A program made the position numbers and the translations under genes. This document shows positions 10,191 through 19,359 of a stretch of 64,000 nt of DNA, in pieces. How positions within the stretch are numbered: position 1 is the stretch's first letter; each line of letters opens with the position of its first letter. The stretch is from Candidatus Zixiibacteriota bacterium (GTDB lineage Bacteria > Zixibacteria > MSB-5A5 > GN15 > JAAZOE01): assembly GCA_043819555.1 (NCBI GenBank), contig JBDREQ010000076.1, positions 67,439 to 131,438 of the forward strand. The letters run 5' to 3'. The notes beneath the pieces were generated by a model that ran no database searches, was not told where the DNA came from, and worked only from the letters and a program-made list of their open reading frames with translations.

Positions 10191-10828
10191 GTCACTGCCT
10201 TAGTTTCCATCGTGAAAATTATATTCATCATCTCTTCGGTCGATTTAACATCGGGATTTAATTCCATAACTTTTTTCAGCATATTATCGATTTCGGCCGG
10301 CTTATAACCAAGCTGACTCAGCACCTCAAAAATCTCATCCTCAAAATCAACTTTGAGTTTATCAGGAATCGAAAGAGGACGATCGCTGCGCGATAATGCG
10401 AATTTTGTTGTCTTACCCGATAATTCCGCCACAATCTTTTCCGCCATGCGAGGCCCGATGCCGGGCAGTTTCTTCAGCAATGTCGTATCTTTATTTTCAA
10501 TCGAGCGGGCAATATCCCGGACCGGCAGCGTCAGACATTTAAGAGCCTTTCGCACCCCGATACCCGATACTGTGGTAAACAATTTAAAAAATTCTCTATC
10601 GGAAGATACCGTAAATCCGATCAATCTCGGAAACATATTCCCGCCGCCGCTCGATGATTCAATGTAGTAATGAGTGTATAATATTACCGGATTATCTTCG
10701 CGGGCCTGTCGTTTGAGCGGTTCGGTCAATCCTGATGGTATCAATACTTCGTAAAATATCCCTTCCAGCTCCAGCGTCACCGAATCAATTCCAACGCTGT
10801 CGATTCTGCCTCGAATTTTATTTATCAC
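10187..10828 (-). CDS. ruvA: Holliday junction branch migration protein RuvA
   Basis: HhH motifs VSGIGVRKA, LPGIGPRMAE; synteny. Confidence 0.93.
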   Translation of the reverse strand: MINKIRGRIDSVGIDSVTLELEGIFYEVLIPSGLTEPLKRQAREDNPVILYTHYYIESSSGGGNMFPRLIGFTVSSDREFFKLFTTVSGIGVRKALKCLTLPVRDIARSIENKDTTLLKKLPGIGPRMAEKIVAELSGKTTKFALSRSDRPLSIPDKLKVDFEDEIFEVLSQLGYKPAEIDNMLKKVMELNPDVKSTEEMMNIIFTMETKAVT

Positions 10829-11334
10829 GCCAATATCATCCTTGAATTCTGATTAATATGACACAAGGCCACGGCTATGGCATCATAAGTATCGAGCGGT
10901 TCTGCCGGGCCGTTCAATCCCAGAATACTCGATGCCATTTCGCGCACCTGTTCCTTCGTCGCTCTTCCCTGTCCCACCAGAGAATTTTTTATCATTGTCG
11001 CGGGATAATGAGAAACCGGTAAATTTAATTGATTCGCCGCGGCCAGTATCGCTCCCCGGGCATGAGCCATAATTATGGCTGTTTTAGGATGCTTATAATG
11101 CGAATACAAATCTTCCATGGCCATAAAATCCGGTTTGAATTCGGTAATAATATTGGTTATGCCCGAAAAAATCTCTCCGACTCGGCTTACCAAATCGGTT
11201 TCAATCTCAGGCCGCAAAACGCCCCCCTCAATCAAACATATTTTTTCAGATATTTTCTCAACCAACCCATATCCAACCGTACGCAAACCGGGGTCTATCC
11301 CTAAAACGATCATATCATCCGCCGGACAATTCAT
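10825..11334 (-). CDS. ruvC: Crossover junction endodeoxyribonuclease RuvC
   Basis: LGIDPG, GRATKEQV, DAIAVALCH. Confidence 0.96.
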   Translation of the reverse strand: MNCPADDMIVLGIDPGLRTVGYGLVEKISEKICLIEGGVLRPEIETDLVSRVGEIFSGITNIITEFKPDFMAMEDLYSHYKHPKTAIIMAHARGAILAAANQLNLPVSHYPATMIKNSLVGQGRATKEQVREMASSILGLNGPAEPLDTYDAIAVALCHINQNSRMILA

Positions 11335-12067
11335 CCATTATCTTATCATCGATATCAAAATTCGCCGAAACCTTCTGGACATCTTCCTGATTTTCAATTC
11401 CATCCAGAAGTTTCAAGAGAGATTCCGCCTGTTTCTTTTCCAGTTTGACAGTATTTTGAGGCAGGCGGCGAACTTCAGCCTCTAAAATCGGAAACTCTGC
11501 CTTTTCAATTGCGGAACGAACACTTTCCAAATCCCCGGGTTCAGTCGTGATTTCAAAAGCGTCTTCCTGGCTGTCCATATCCGAAGCTCCGGCTTCCAGC
11601 GCCACTTCCATTAAATTATCTTCATCAATGCCATCTTTATTGACGGTAATTATTCCTTTAGTATCAAACATCCATGCCACGCAGCCGTTTTCGCCAAGAT
11701 TGCCATTGTACTTGGAAAAGACATGTCTGATTTCGGCCACGGTTCGGTTTTTATTATCCGTCAGCGTATCAATAAAAATCGCCACCCCGCCGGGACCGTA
11801 ACCTTCGTATGTGGCTTCCTCATAAATCGCTCCCGGAAGTTCGCCGGTACCCTTTTTAATTGCCTTCTTAATATTATCCGCCGGCATATTTGCCGCTTTT
11901 GCGATGGAAATCGCGGTGCGCAGTCGAGGATTGGCCTCGGGATCACCGCCGCCGTCCCGAGCGACAACCGTAATTTCTTTTATCAACCTGGTAAACATGC
12001 GGCCTCGAGCTGCATCGGCTTTGCCTTTTTTACGCTTAATCGTAGCCCATTTTGAGTGACCGGACAT
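11315..12067 (-). CDS. yebC: YebC/PmpR family protein
   Basis: MSGHSKWATIKRKK, YEGYGPGG, TDNKNRT. Confidence 0.96.
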   Translation of the reverse strand: MSGHSKWATIKRKKGKADAARGRMFTRLIKEITVVARDGGGDPEANPRLRTAISIAKAANMPADNIKKAIKKGTGELPGAIYEEATYEGYGPGGVAIFIDTLTDNKNRTVAEIRHVFSKYNGNLGENGCVAWMFDTKGIITVNKDGIDEDNLMEVALEAGASDMDSQEDAFEITTEPGDLESVRSAIEKAEFPILEAEVRRLPQNTVKLEKKQAESLLKLLDGIENQEDVQKVSANFDIDDKIMDELSGG

Positions 12068-12221
12068 AACTCCTCCGATTTATGCAGAAACAGTAAATCA
12101 ATTTTAACATATTATAGTAGCCAAAAGATAACCTGTTGGCAATAGCAATATATGTCCAAAAATCACTTTTTACAATACCCCGGATAATAACAATTTATAA
12201 TCACATTGCGCTAATTATGTT

Positions 12222-12240
12222 TTCCCCTCTGGAGAGGGGC
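12222..12240. repeat. Palindromic repeat family F (partial)
   Basis: CCCCTCTGGAGAGGGG hairpin like 15381 and 57806. Confidence 0.5.
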
Positions 12241-12301
12241 CGGGCATGTTATCTTCGCGTAGCCTTAATTCTCGAGCTGTCGTCATTGTTACTCTGCTAA
12301 A

Positions 12302-12349
12302 CGCGCTGCCGGGTCCTGATTTCGCAAAGCGAAATTGTGGCCTGGCGGC
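12302..12349 (+). repeat. Palindromic repeat family A, copy 2
   Basis: Homologous to 1884-1931. Confidence 0.75.
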
Positions 12350-12384
12350 ATTATTCCAATAAATCGGGGCTTGGAGCAAAACAA

Positions 12385-12412
12385 TTGACAAAATCGACAT
12401 ATTAGGTATTTT
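12385..12412 (+). promoter_or_regulatory. sigma70-like promoter
   Basis: TTGACA-16nt-TATTTT upstream of the peptidase gene. Confidence 0.5.
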
Positions 12413-12509
12413 ATTTATGAATATCAGATGTCCTCGTCTTCCGTATTAATAGTTAGTGGAGAGCATGAATGTACACCGGTTACGATAGAAAATTGCCGTG
12501 GGATCGCAT

Positions 12510-14174
12510 ATGAAATTATTCGGAATATTCATCGGTCTTTTTATCATTCTGCTGTCTTTTTCATTAGCGTTGAGCTCTGATAATTATTGTAAAACTGTAC
12601 ACGGCAATAATGGTTTCGAAATGACTGTTGATTATGATCGACGGATATTTACTGTCAATGAAAAGGATATCCCCATCACCATAGATTATCCAGAGTGTCA
12701 CGAATGTAAAGAAAGCGTCGATACTGTCAAATATCATCAGAGAATAAAGGATTTCGCGGCGAAAAATGCGGACGCCCGGCTTTATCTGGAGTATGACCGT
12801 TTTGATATTTACGCGGATACCGGATTGTACAATAATAACACTGCCCAATTAGAGCTTTTCATTGATAAATTTGAACAAAGATATGAAGCGATGGAATCTT
12901 TGACCAAATGGAGTGCCGAAAAATTCTACGGAAAGAAACTCGAGATATATTTTGAAGGAGTCTCGGATTGCGGGCATGGATGGGCTTTGGCCGGGGAAGC
13001 GCATATTTATATAAATTCAGACCTTTCCGATCATGATGCCTGCGTCCTTCCATATTATGAAGACGGACTCCCCCTTTATGATAATCCGGGAGAATTAGGC
13101 GATCAATGGACTTATATGCTGACCGCTTTGCATGAATCATTGCATTCAATAACTCCCCAGCCGATTTTCAATAGAAGTTGGCTTAGAGAAGGATTGGCGG
13201 AATATCATTCTAGAAATATCTTAGTCGCGTTTAATGATATTAATCAGGAGACCGCGAATTATTATATCCATCAGGGATCAAGCGTCTATTATAATTGGGA
13301 AGATTATGTGGCTAATGATTATCATGACACTTCAATCTATGGAAGCGATATTCAAAATAGTCTGGGGTACGACATCTCTGCTTGGATGTTTACGATGCTG
13401 AGAGAAAATTATGGTCTGAATTGGAGTGAATTTTACGATTTACTGAATAATAATCATGAGACCTTAAACAAAGCTCATGAATTAGACGGTGGTGATCATT
13501 ACAGCTATTTTACGGATGCCTGCATCATAGATATATTCGGCCGAATGTGCGGAATGACATTTGATGAAATTCAGGCTGTCTTTAGATATGACGGCCCTAA
13601 TGGCCCCGGCTGGGGCGTGAGGTACTGGGAGAGTTTGGACTGGTATGCTGATTTGACAGCCACGATAGATTATTCTACTGAATACCCGTTGGTCAATGAA
13701 ACCATTGATCTTATTACCACTATTTATAACTCGGCTGATTTTGGCCTTAATACAATTTCCGTAAATATCTACAACGGTGGAACGCCGATTTTAATCGACA
13801 CGATTAACATCAATGCTCTGGACTCAACCATAATCAATATCGAATTTATTCCAACTGAAACGGGCGGTTACACTTTTACTGTCATTGTCGATGAAGAGAA
13901 TATAAAAATAGAATCAAATGACACAAATAACATGTCAGAAAAAACGCTGACGGTTTATTCTGATTATATTTGCGGTGATGCGAATTCCGATGCACAGGCA
14001 AACATTGGAGATGCTGTTTTTATAATAAATCACGTATTCAAAGGAGGCCCGGCTCCCGGTTCATTCTATGCGGGAAACGCCAATTGTGATGACGATATAA
14101 ATGCCGGTGATGCCGTTTACATGATTAACCACGTCTTCAAATTCGGCCCCGCCCCCTGTGCCGGATGTGAGTGA
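12510..14174 (+). CDS. Secreted gluzincin-type metallopeptidase with CARDB and C-terminal dockerin-like domain
   Basis: Signal peptide; HESLH...WLREGLAEY; CARDB-like VDEENIKIESNDTNN; two CGDAN/GNANCD dockerin repeats ending PCAGCE. Confidence 0.8.
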   Translation: MKLFGIFIGLFIILLSFSLALSSDNYCKTVHGNNGFEMTVDYDRRIFTVNEKDIPITIDYPECHECKESVDTVKYHQRIKDFAAKNADARLYLEYDRFDIYADTGLYNNNTAQLELFIDKFEQRYEAMESLTKWSAEKFYGKKLEIYFEGVSDCGHGWALAGEAHIYINSDLSDHDACVLPYYEDGLPLYDNPGELGDQWTYMLTALHESLHSITPQPIFNRSWLREGLAEYHSRNILVAFNDINQETANYYIHQGSSVYYNWEDYVANDYHDTSIYGSDIQNSLGYDISAWMFTMLRENYGLNWSEFYDLLNNNHETLNKAHELDGGDHYSYFTDACIIDIFGRMCGMTFDEIQAVFRYDGPNGPGWGVRYWESLDWYADLTATIDYSTEYPLVNETIDLITTIYNSADFGLNTISVNIYNGGTPILIDTININALDSTIINIEFIPTETGGYTFTVIVDEENIKIESNDTNNMSEKTLTVYSDYICGDANSDAQANIGDAVFIINHVFKGGPAPGSFYAGNANCDDDINAGDAVYMINHVFKFGPAPCAGCE

Positions 14175-14191
14175 GGATAATATTGACACAA

Positions 14192-14276
14192 GGGCGGGAT
14201 CCCCGCGATCCCGCCAATCCCCGGCAAAAGGAGGGATAATATTAATAATGGCAGCATCACAGGGATGCTGCCCTAC
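14192..14276. repeat. Composite REP-like repeat family C, copy 1
   Basis: GGCGGGATC..GATCCCGCC + GGGATAATATTAATA + GGCAGCATC..GATGCTGCCCTAC; inverted homolog at 57839-57919. Confidence 0.8.
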
Positions 14277-14286
14277 TGACTAATAT

Positions 14287-15003
14287 CTAATTCTCCAACT
14301 CAGCAACAGCATCATCCCACTCTTGAGGGGAAGTAAATGCAGTACGCCAAACGTTTTTTTCGAAGTCCCACTTGAAGGTGTAGGCACGGTCTAATGGTGT
14401 AATAATATACTGGGAGTCTCCCCACCTGTATTTAATCACAATCCGTAAGTGATTATACGAAAGCATTTTGTTGATTTTTAGGGAACTACTCACCACTAAT
14501 GGTTGGTGTGGAAACAATATACTGCCGCCGAAAGATATTTCTTCATTATAGGAGTGGCCAGCTGAAAGAAGCTCATACCAAATTGTGTCTATAGTAGCAT
14601 TAGATTTTCCAATATTCTCTAGTGTGAAAAACACAGTATAACTATGTTCAGGATTTGCTTTTATTATGCTTCCGTCTAACTGTGTTAGATTTCCTGAGTA
14701 AGGTTTAAAATCTTCCAGTTGTTTAATAGGTTGAATGGTTAATGATGGACCTTCAGCATACAGCAACTGCTTTGACGATAATTCCAACTGAGCCTCAGAT
14801 AGCTCCAATTGAGATTGAGTCATTTCCAACTGAGAATTTGTCAAGTCTAGTTGATCCCAAACTGCATCTAAGCTGGAATAGACTATTATACAAGCGGCTA
14901 TAATTACACCAATCTCAATAATACCTTTATATCGTGGAACCCATCTCGGCCTCGGCCTATCATCGTACTTGTCTTTACCCTTATCCTTGTTATTATCAGA
15001 CAT
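14287..15003 (-). CDS. Hypothetical single-TM protein with heptad coiled coil
   Basis: ATG 15003 with AGGA SD (ORF open to 15063); TM then QLxxxxx heptads; AT-rich. Confidence 0.65.
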   Translation of the reverse strand: MSDNNKDKGKDKYDDRPRPRWVPRYKGIIEIGVIIAACIIVYSSLDAVWDQLDLTNSQLEMTQSQLELSEAQLELSSKQLLYAEGPSLTIQPIKQLEDFKPYSGNLTQLDGSIIKANPEHSYTVFFTLENIGKSNATIDTIWYELLSAGHSYNEEISFGGSILFPHQPLVVSSSLKINKMLSYNHLRIVIKYRWGDSQYIITPLDRAYTFKWDFEKNVWRTAFTSPQEWDDAVAELEN

Positions 15004-15169
15004 ATTTCCTTCATCATTGTCAATATTGGATATCAAATAAGTGTATAAACCCCACCATGTCAATAAATTTAAATCTCACCATCGCTTATCCCACCAGCAA
15101 TTACCCCACAATCCCACCGCTATTTCCGAAATCATCTCCATTATTATGATGAAATACGAATATTCACCC

Positions 15170-15243
15170 GTAGGGGCTTGTCGCGACAAGCCCGCATTTG
15201 GTTTCTTACAGATAGTTCCGGGGCGCGCGCGAGCGACCCCTAC
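15170..15243. repeat. GTAG-type REP doublet (family D)
   Basis: GTAGGGGCTTGTCGCGACAAGCCC ... GGGGCGCGCGCGAGCGACCCCTAC inverted pair. Confidence 0.75.
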
Positions 15244-15261
15244 TGAAAAGTGCATTTCTAC

Positions 15262-15359
15262 TGTCATTCCCGAGAGCGAAGCCCCGTCAGGGGCGAAGCG
15301 AGTCGGGAATCCAGACAGCGTCGATATATTCATGGATTCCCGCTCTCGCGAGTATGGCA
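15262..15359. repeat. GTCATTCC/GGAATCC palindromic element (family E), copy 1
   Basis: TGTCATTCCCGAGAGCGAAGCCCCGTCAGGGGCGAAGCGAGTCGGGAATCCAG; near-identical inverted copy at 26783-26835. Confidence 0.8.
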
Positions 15360-15379
15360 ATTTATGGACTTTTGTCTTT

Positions 15380-15422
15380 TCCCCTCTTCGAGAGGGGTGG
15401 CTCAGAGAGAGACGGGGTGTGT
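15380..15422. repeat. Palindromic repeat family F
   Basis: CCCCTCTTCGAGAGGGGTG...CGGGGTGTGT; inverted homolog 57782-57824. Confidence 0.7.
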
Positions 15423-15526
15423 TCATAATCACCACCGAGTTGATATGACCAAAAACGTTAATATGAGAAAACAAACCCATTTTCGACGCCAAATTTAACA
15501 AAAAAAGGGAGGTAACTAAATGGCAA

Positions 15527-15553
15527 TAAAAAAGGCCGGGGATCCCGACCTTT
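15527..15553 (-). terminator. Intrinsic terminator after ybjQ-like gene
   Basis: AAAGGTCGGG/CCCGGCCTTT hairpin plus T run on minus strand. Confidence 0.65.
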
Positions 15554-15608
15554 GGGAAATTCTATGATGCGAGGTCATCAGGTGATTGAAAATCAACGCC
15601 GTTTTCTA

Positions 15609-15926
15609 CTATTCCTCAACAACAACAGCGGTGCCATAGCATAAAAGTTCGGCGGCGCCCTGCATCATCGACGAGGTCGAAAAGCGTACGGTTATAACCG
15701 CGTTAGCGCCAAGTTTTTCGGCTTCGGCGACCATGCGATCCAGAGACTGCTCGCGCGATTCGGCAATCATTTTAGTGTAATCGGTTATTTCGCCCCCGAT
15801 CATGTTACGAAGGCCAGCCAGGATATCGCGTCCCACATGACGGGCACGAATGGTATTGCCTTTAACTAATCCTAGAACCTTGACTATTTTTTTCCCACAA
15901 ATATCGTCTGATGTCACCAGAATCAT
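15609..15926 (-). CDS. YbjQ/UPF0145 family protein
   Basis: GGEITDYT, GANAV, YGTAV. Confidence 0.93.
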   Translation of the reverse strand: MILVTSDDICGKKIVKVLGLVKGNTIRARHVGRDILAGLRNMIGGEITDYTKMIAESREQSLDRMVAEAEKLGANAVITVRFSTSSMMQGAAELLCYGTAVVVEE

Positions 15927-16369
15927 CGCTCGATCTCCTTATACCTGTCCCGATTATAAGCAAACAATCGCTCGCGCGCAACTGAAACCAAAAGGACAAC
16001 GGCCCCAATGATAAGTCCCCCCACTCCCAGTTTAGGAAATAAAGCAACGGATGGATCCAAAAAATAATCGCGCACAAGATAGAATCCTCCACAGCCGAGC
16101 AGAATTATCGCTCCCAGTGAAGTGAAAATCCACCCGATGCCGCGTTCGAAATGGCGATACAGGTTTTGCCAATACCCTTCCCAGACTTCCAGCGGCAAAT
16201 CTTTGTACGTCACTTTGTCGGTTACCTCCCTGACTTTTTGCAACCGGGCAAGTTCATCGCGCCATTCGGGCGATTCGGCCAGTTTTTTTGAAACCAGCTC
16301 AAGCTGCTTTGGGTCAAGCTCCCCATCCTGATACCCTGCCAGCAAAAATTTCATATCATCCCGGTTCAT
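15923..16369 (-). CDS. Membrane anti-sigma factor (zf-HC2-like N-terminus lacking Zn ligands)
   Basis: LAGYQDGEL, two TMs, downstream of ECF sigma. Confidence 0.75.
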   Translation of the reverse strand: MNRDDMKFLLAGYQDGELDPKQLELVSKKLAESPEWRDELARLQKVREVTDKVTYKDLPLEVWEGYWQNLYRHFERGIGWIFTSLGAIILLGCGGFYLVRDYFLDPSVALFPKLGVGGLIIGAVVLLVSVARERLFAYNRDRYKEIER

Positions 16370-16375
16370 AATAAG

Positions 16376-16924
16376 TTATACCTCTTCTTCCATTAGTTCG
16401 GCCAAGCGTTTTCTGGCGTAATACAATCGCGACATCACCGTCCCCTTAGGGATGCCCAAAAGACTGGAGATTTCATCATAGCTCATCATCCGAAAATGGT
16501 TGAGATTGATAATCTCCCGGTCGGCGAAATTCAATTTCATGACAGCCGCGTACAATTGCTGCTTTTGCTCGTTCTCCAGATAATCGGATTCCGGGGTTTC
16601 GCGGTCAGCCAGCATATACTCGACATCAGCAATATCGACCGTGCGAGCGGCGGCAACCTGTCTTTTGCGGAGGACATTGCGGCATAGATTGGTGACAATT
16701 GAATAAAACCAGGGAAAGAAGCTTTGAGATTCGTCAAATGTCGATGCCGAGTTATACACGCGAAGAAACGCCTCCTGAGAAACATCATAGGCATCATCGG
16801 AATTTCCGACCATGCCCAGAGCCAGAAAATAGGCCTGCTTTTTGTACCTTTCCACCAGCCCAGCCAAAGCCCTGGCTTTGCCCTTTTTAAGCTGAACCAT
16901 TATTTTGTTATCATCTAAGCTCAT
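16376..16924 (-). CDS. ECF RNA polymerase sigma factor
   Basis: DVSQEAFLR, SYDEIS..LGIPKGTVMSRLYYAR. Confidence 0.94.
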   Translation of the reverse strand: MSLDDNKIMVQLKKGKARALAGLVERYKKQAYFLALGMVGNSDDAYDVSQEAFLRVYNSASTFDESQSFFPWFYSIVTNLCRNVLRKRQVAAARTVDIADVEYMLADRETPESDYLENEQKQQLYAAVMKLNFADREIINLNHFRMMSYDEISSLLGIPKGTVMSRLYYARKRLAELMEEEV

Positions 16925-17070
16925 GACTAAAAGATATACCCGACCGAAGACAAATTATTCAAAATTTAATTCATCTTAAATACCTGAAAAAAATATAATT
17001 TCAGCGTGCACGAATTGAAACAAAAATCTATGAATAGACCAATTTCAAGAAATAATACAATATCAGGGAA

Positions 17071-18702
17071 TTAATTGCCCCGCATTCGCTTAAGTTCTTT
17101 TTTTATTTCCGTGGCGTTAAGGGAATTAGCATCGATTATGTTGCGGCCTTTTGACGTTTTTTTGCTTATAGCCAGATGGTTATCAGCCTGGGAAGCTACG
17201 GCGGGAAGATGGCTAATGGTGATAACTTGATGATTTTGGGAAAGCTCTTTTAGTTTTTCCGCCAATTTATGGGCAGTCTGGCCGCCAATACCGGTATCGA
17301 TTTCATCAAAAATAATGGTTGGAAGTTTGTATTTGCCCGCGATTACGGTTAGAATCGCCAGCATAATTCGAGAGATTTCTCCTCCCGAAGCGATCTTTGA
17401 CATAGGCCGCAAAGGTTCTTTGGGATTGGTCGAAATCAAAAATTCAGCCGTCTCAAAACCGTAATTATTGGCTTTTAACTTTTCTCCGTTAACTTCAAAT
17501 CCGCTATCATCGCCTTCTGATGCAAAATTGATTTTGAACTGGGCGTCCTCAATAGCCAGGTCGTTTAGCTGTTTGATTATTATCTTCTCAAATGCAAACG
17601 CGGCTTTGCGGCGTTTTTTTGAAATTTCAAGAGCCAGCTCGTAGTATTCGCGGCGGATTTCGGCGAGTTTACTTCTTAACTCGGCAATCAGTGTTTGAAT
17701 ATCAGTCGATGATAAACTTTCGCTCTGCAGATCGGCAAGCAATTTTATCAATCCGGTTTCGTCGCTATTGTATTTTTTCTTAAGGCGATATAATTCGGCA
17801 AGTCGTGCATTTATATCGTCCAACCGCTGGGGATTATCGTCAAGACGCGAGAGATATGATTCAATATTACTTGTCAATTCATTAAGATTGATGCGGCTCT
17901 CTGAAAGAAGTTTGGCTTCTTCAGAAAGCCTCTGGTCAATACCGGCGGCATCATTAAGACGAGATTCAAGTCTGGAAAGAACTGAGATGATTGAATTGTC
18001 GTTTTCGCTGAGAGAGTTGATAATCGCCTGTGACGTATCCAGGAGTATCTGTACCGACTCAAGCTTCTTTTTTTCAATTTCAAGTTCGGCTTCTTCGCCA
18101 ATTCTGAGATTCGATTTAGACAACTCATCAATCTGAAAATTCATCAAGTCCAGCTTTTCACGGGCCGCCTGAGCATTTTCCTGAGTATTTTTCAATCTCT
18201 TCTCGACGGTAGTAAGAGAATCAAATAATCGCGAAAGTTTTTCGCCCTTTGTGTCCAATCCGGCGTAGCTATCGAGAAAGAATAAGTGGCGCTCCTGCTC
18301 GAGCAATCCTCGCTGGTCCTGCTGAGAGTGCATTTCGCATAGGTCATTTACGATTTTTTGAGTGATACTAAGATTGGCGAGTTTATCATTGATATAGACT
18401 CGTGATGCCCCCGTCGCCGATACTTCGCGAAGAAAAGTTATTTCTGAATCTGTCTTGAAATCACCATTTAACTTCTCCAAAGATTTGGAGTCCAAATTAA
18501 AAACGGCAAGCGCGGAAGATTTTTTTGCGCCGTGACGAATTAAATCTCTATCTGCGCGGCCGCCAAGGGCAAGTTTGAGACCGCCAATAATGACCGATTT
18601 GCCTGCCCCGGTTTCACCGGTCAGGACAGTCAGCCCCGGTTTAAAATCGATTTCGATCTCGTCAACCAGAGCATAGTTTTTGATATAGAGTTTTTTTAGC
18701 AA
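17071..18702 (-). CDS. recN: DNA repair protein RecN
   Basis: GETGAGKS, ASGGEISR, FDEIDTG, ISHLP. Confidence 0.96.
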   Translation of the reverse strand: MLKKLYIKNYALVDEIEIDFKPGLTVLTGETGAGKSVIIGGLKLALGGRADRDLIRHGAKKSSALAVFNLDSKSLEKLNGDFKTDSEITFLREVSATGASRVYINDKLANLSITQKIVNDLCEMHSQQDQRGLLEQERHLFFLDSYAGLDTKGEKLSRLFDSLTTVEKRLKNTQENAQAAREKLDLMNFQIDELSKSNLRIGEEAELEIEKKKLESVQILLDTSQAIINSLSENDNSIISVLSRLESRLNDAAGIDQRLSEEAKLLSESRINLNELTSNIESYLSRLDDNPQRLDDINARLAELYRLKKKYNSDETGLIKLLADLQSESLSSTDIQTLIAELRSKLAEIRREYYELALEISKKRRKAAFAFEKIIIKQLNDLAIEDAQFKINFASEGDDSGFEVNGEKLKANNYGFETAEFLISTNPKEPLRPMSKIASGGEISRIMLAILTVIAGKYKLPTIIFDEIDTGIGGQTAHKLAEKLKELSQNHQVITISHLPAVASQADNHLAISKKTSKGRNIIDANSLNATEIKKELKRMRGN

Positions 18703-18704
18703 GG

Positions 18705-19301
18705 CTAAATTTGACTATCTAAATACGCTTTTCCTCGAATGGATATAGTGTAGCCATTGCGCCTGGAGTTGATCAATCCTTCGTTCTTTAGCGCGGTCAT
18801 CCGTTTCATGACATCATTTCGGGAAATATTAAATTTTTTCGCAATTGAAACTGAATTATGGGGTGCTTCCACATCCAAAAATCCAAGGAGGTCTTCCGAT
18901 TTCACCTCAACATCAGAGAGGACGTCGATTTCTACCAGGCGTTCCATGATTTTTATCATATCCCGTTCGGCCGGTTTTACACCTCCGGCAGTACGATCTT
19001 CCGATCCCAGGTAGGTGTATTTTATCCTGATTAATCGGCCCGAGCCGAAATTGAATCCGGGATTGCGTTTGCGAAAAGCTTTTTTAAATTCGTCCTGGTC
19101 GTAAAAACCGGCGGCCTCCAAATCCTCTTCCGCAATTTTCTTGAAATCGACGAATTCAATTTCCTCGACCCGAACAAATCCAAGCCCGAAAGACTTGTAT
19201 TCTTTACCGGCTTCAACCCGCAGCTTATCCCAATCGCGAAAAGTCACTGTGGTTCTCCCCATTTTTATATCATCAAATTCTTCTTTCTTAAATAACAGCA
19301 T
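18705..19301 (-). CDS. ASCH-like domain fused to C-terminal winged helix
   Basis: FKKEEFDDIKMGRTTVTFRDW...EDLEAAGF ASCH pattern; IAKKFNISRNDV...LKNEGLI...GYTISIRG wHTH. Confidence 0.65.
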   Translation of the reverse strand: MLLFKKEEFDDIKMGRTTVTFRDWDKLRVEAGKEYKSFGLGFVRVEEIEFVDFKKIAEEDLEAAGFYDQDEFKKAFRKRNPGFNFGSGRLIRIKYTYLGSEDRTAGGVKPAERDMIKIMERLVEIDVLSDVEVKSEDLLGFLDVEAPHNSVSIAKKFNISRNDVMKRMTALKNEGLINSRRNGYTISIRGKAYLDSQI

Positions 19302-19359
19302 TTAAAACCTCGAATAAAAATTTTACATGACCTGAATTACAGCCCGTAATAAAACTGAT

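Noticed and set aside
15041..15501. Three overlapping ORFs of 82-141 aa
   Set aside because: They arise from GC-rich palindromic repeats; the same peptide (AKRVGNP) recurs at the 26.8-kb repeat
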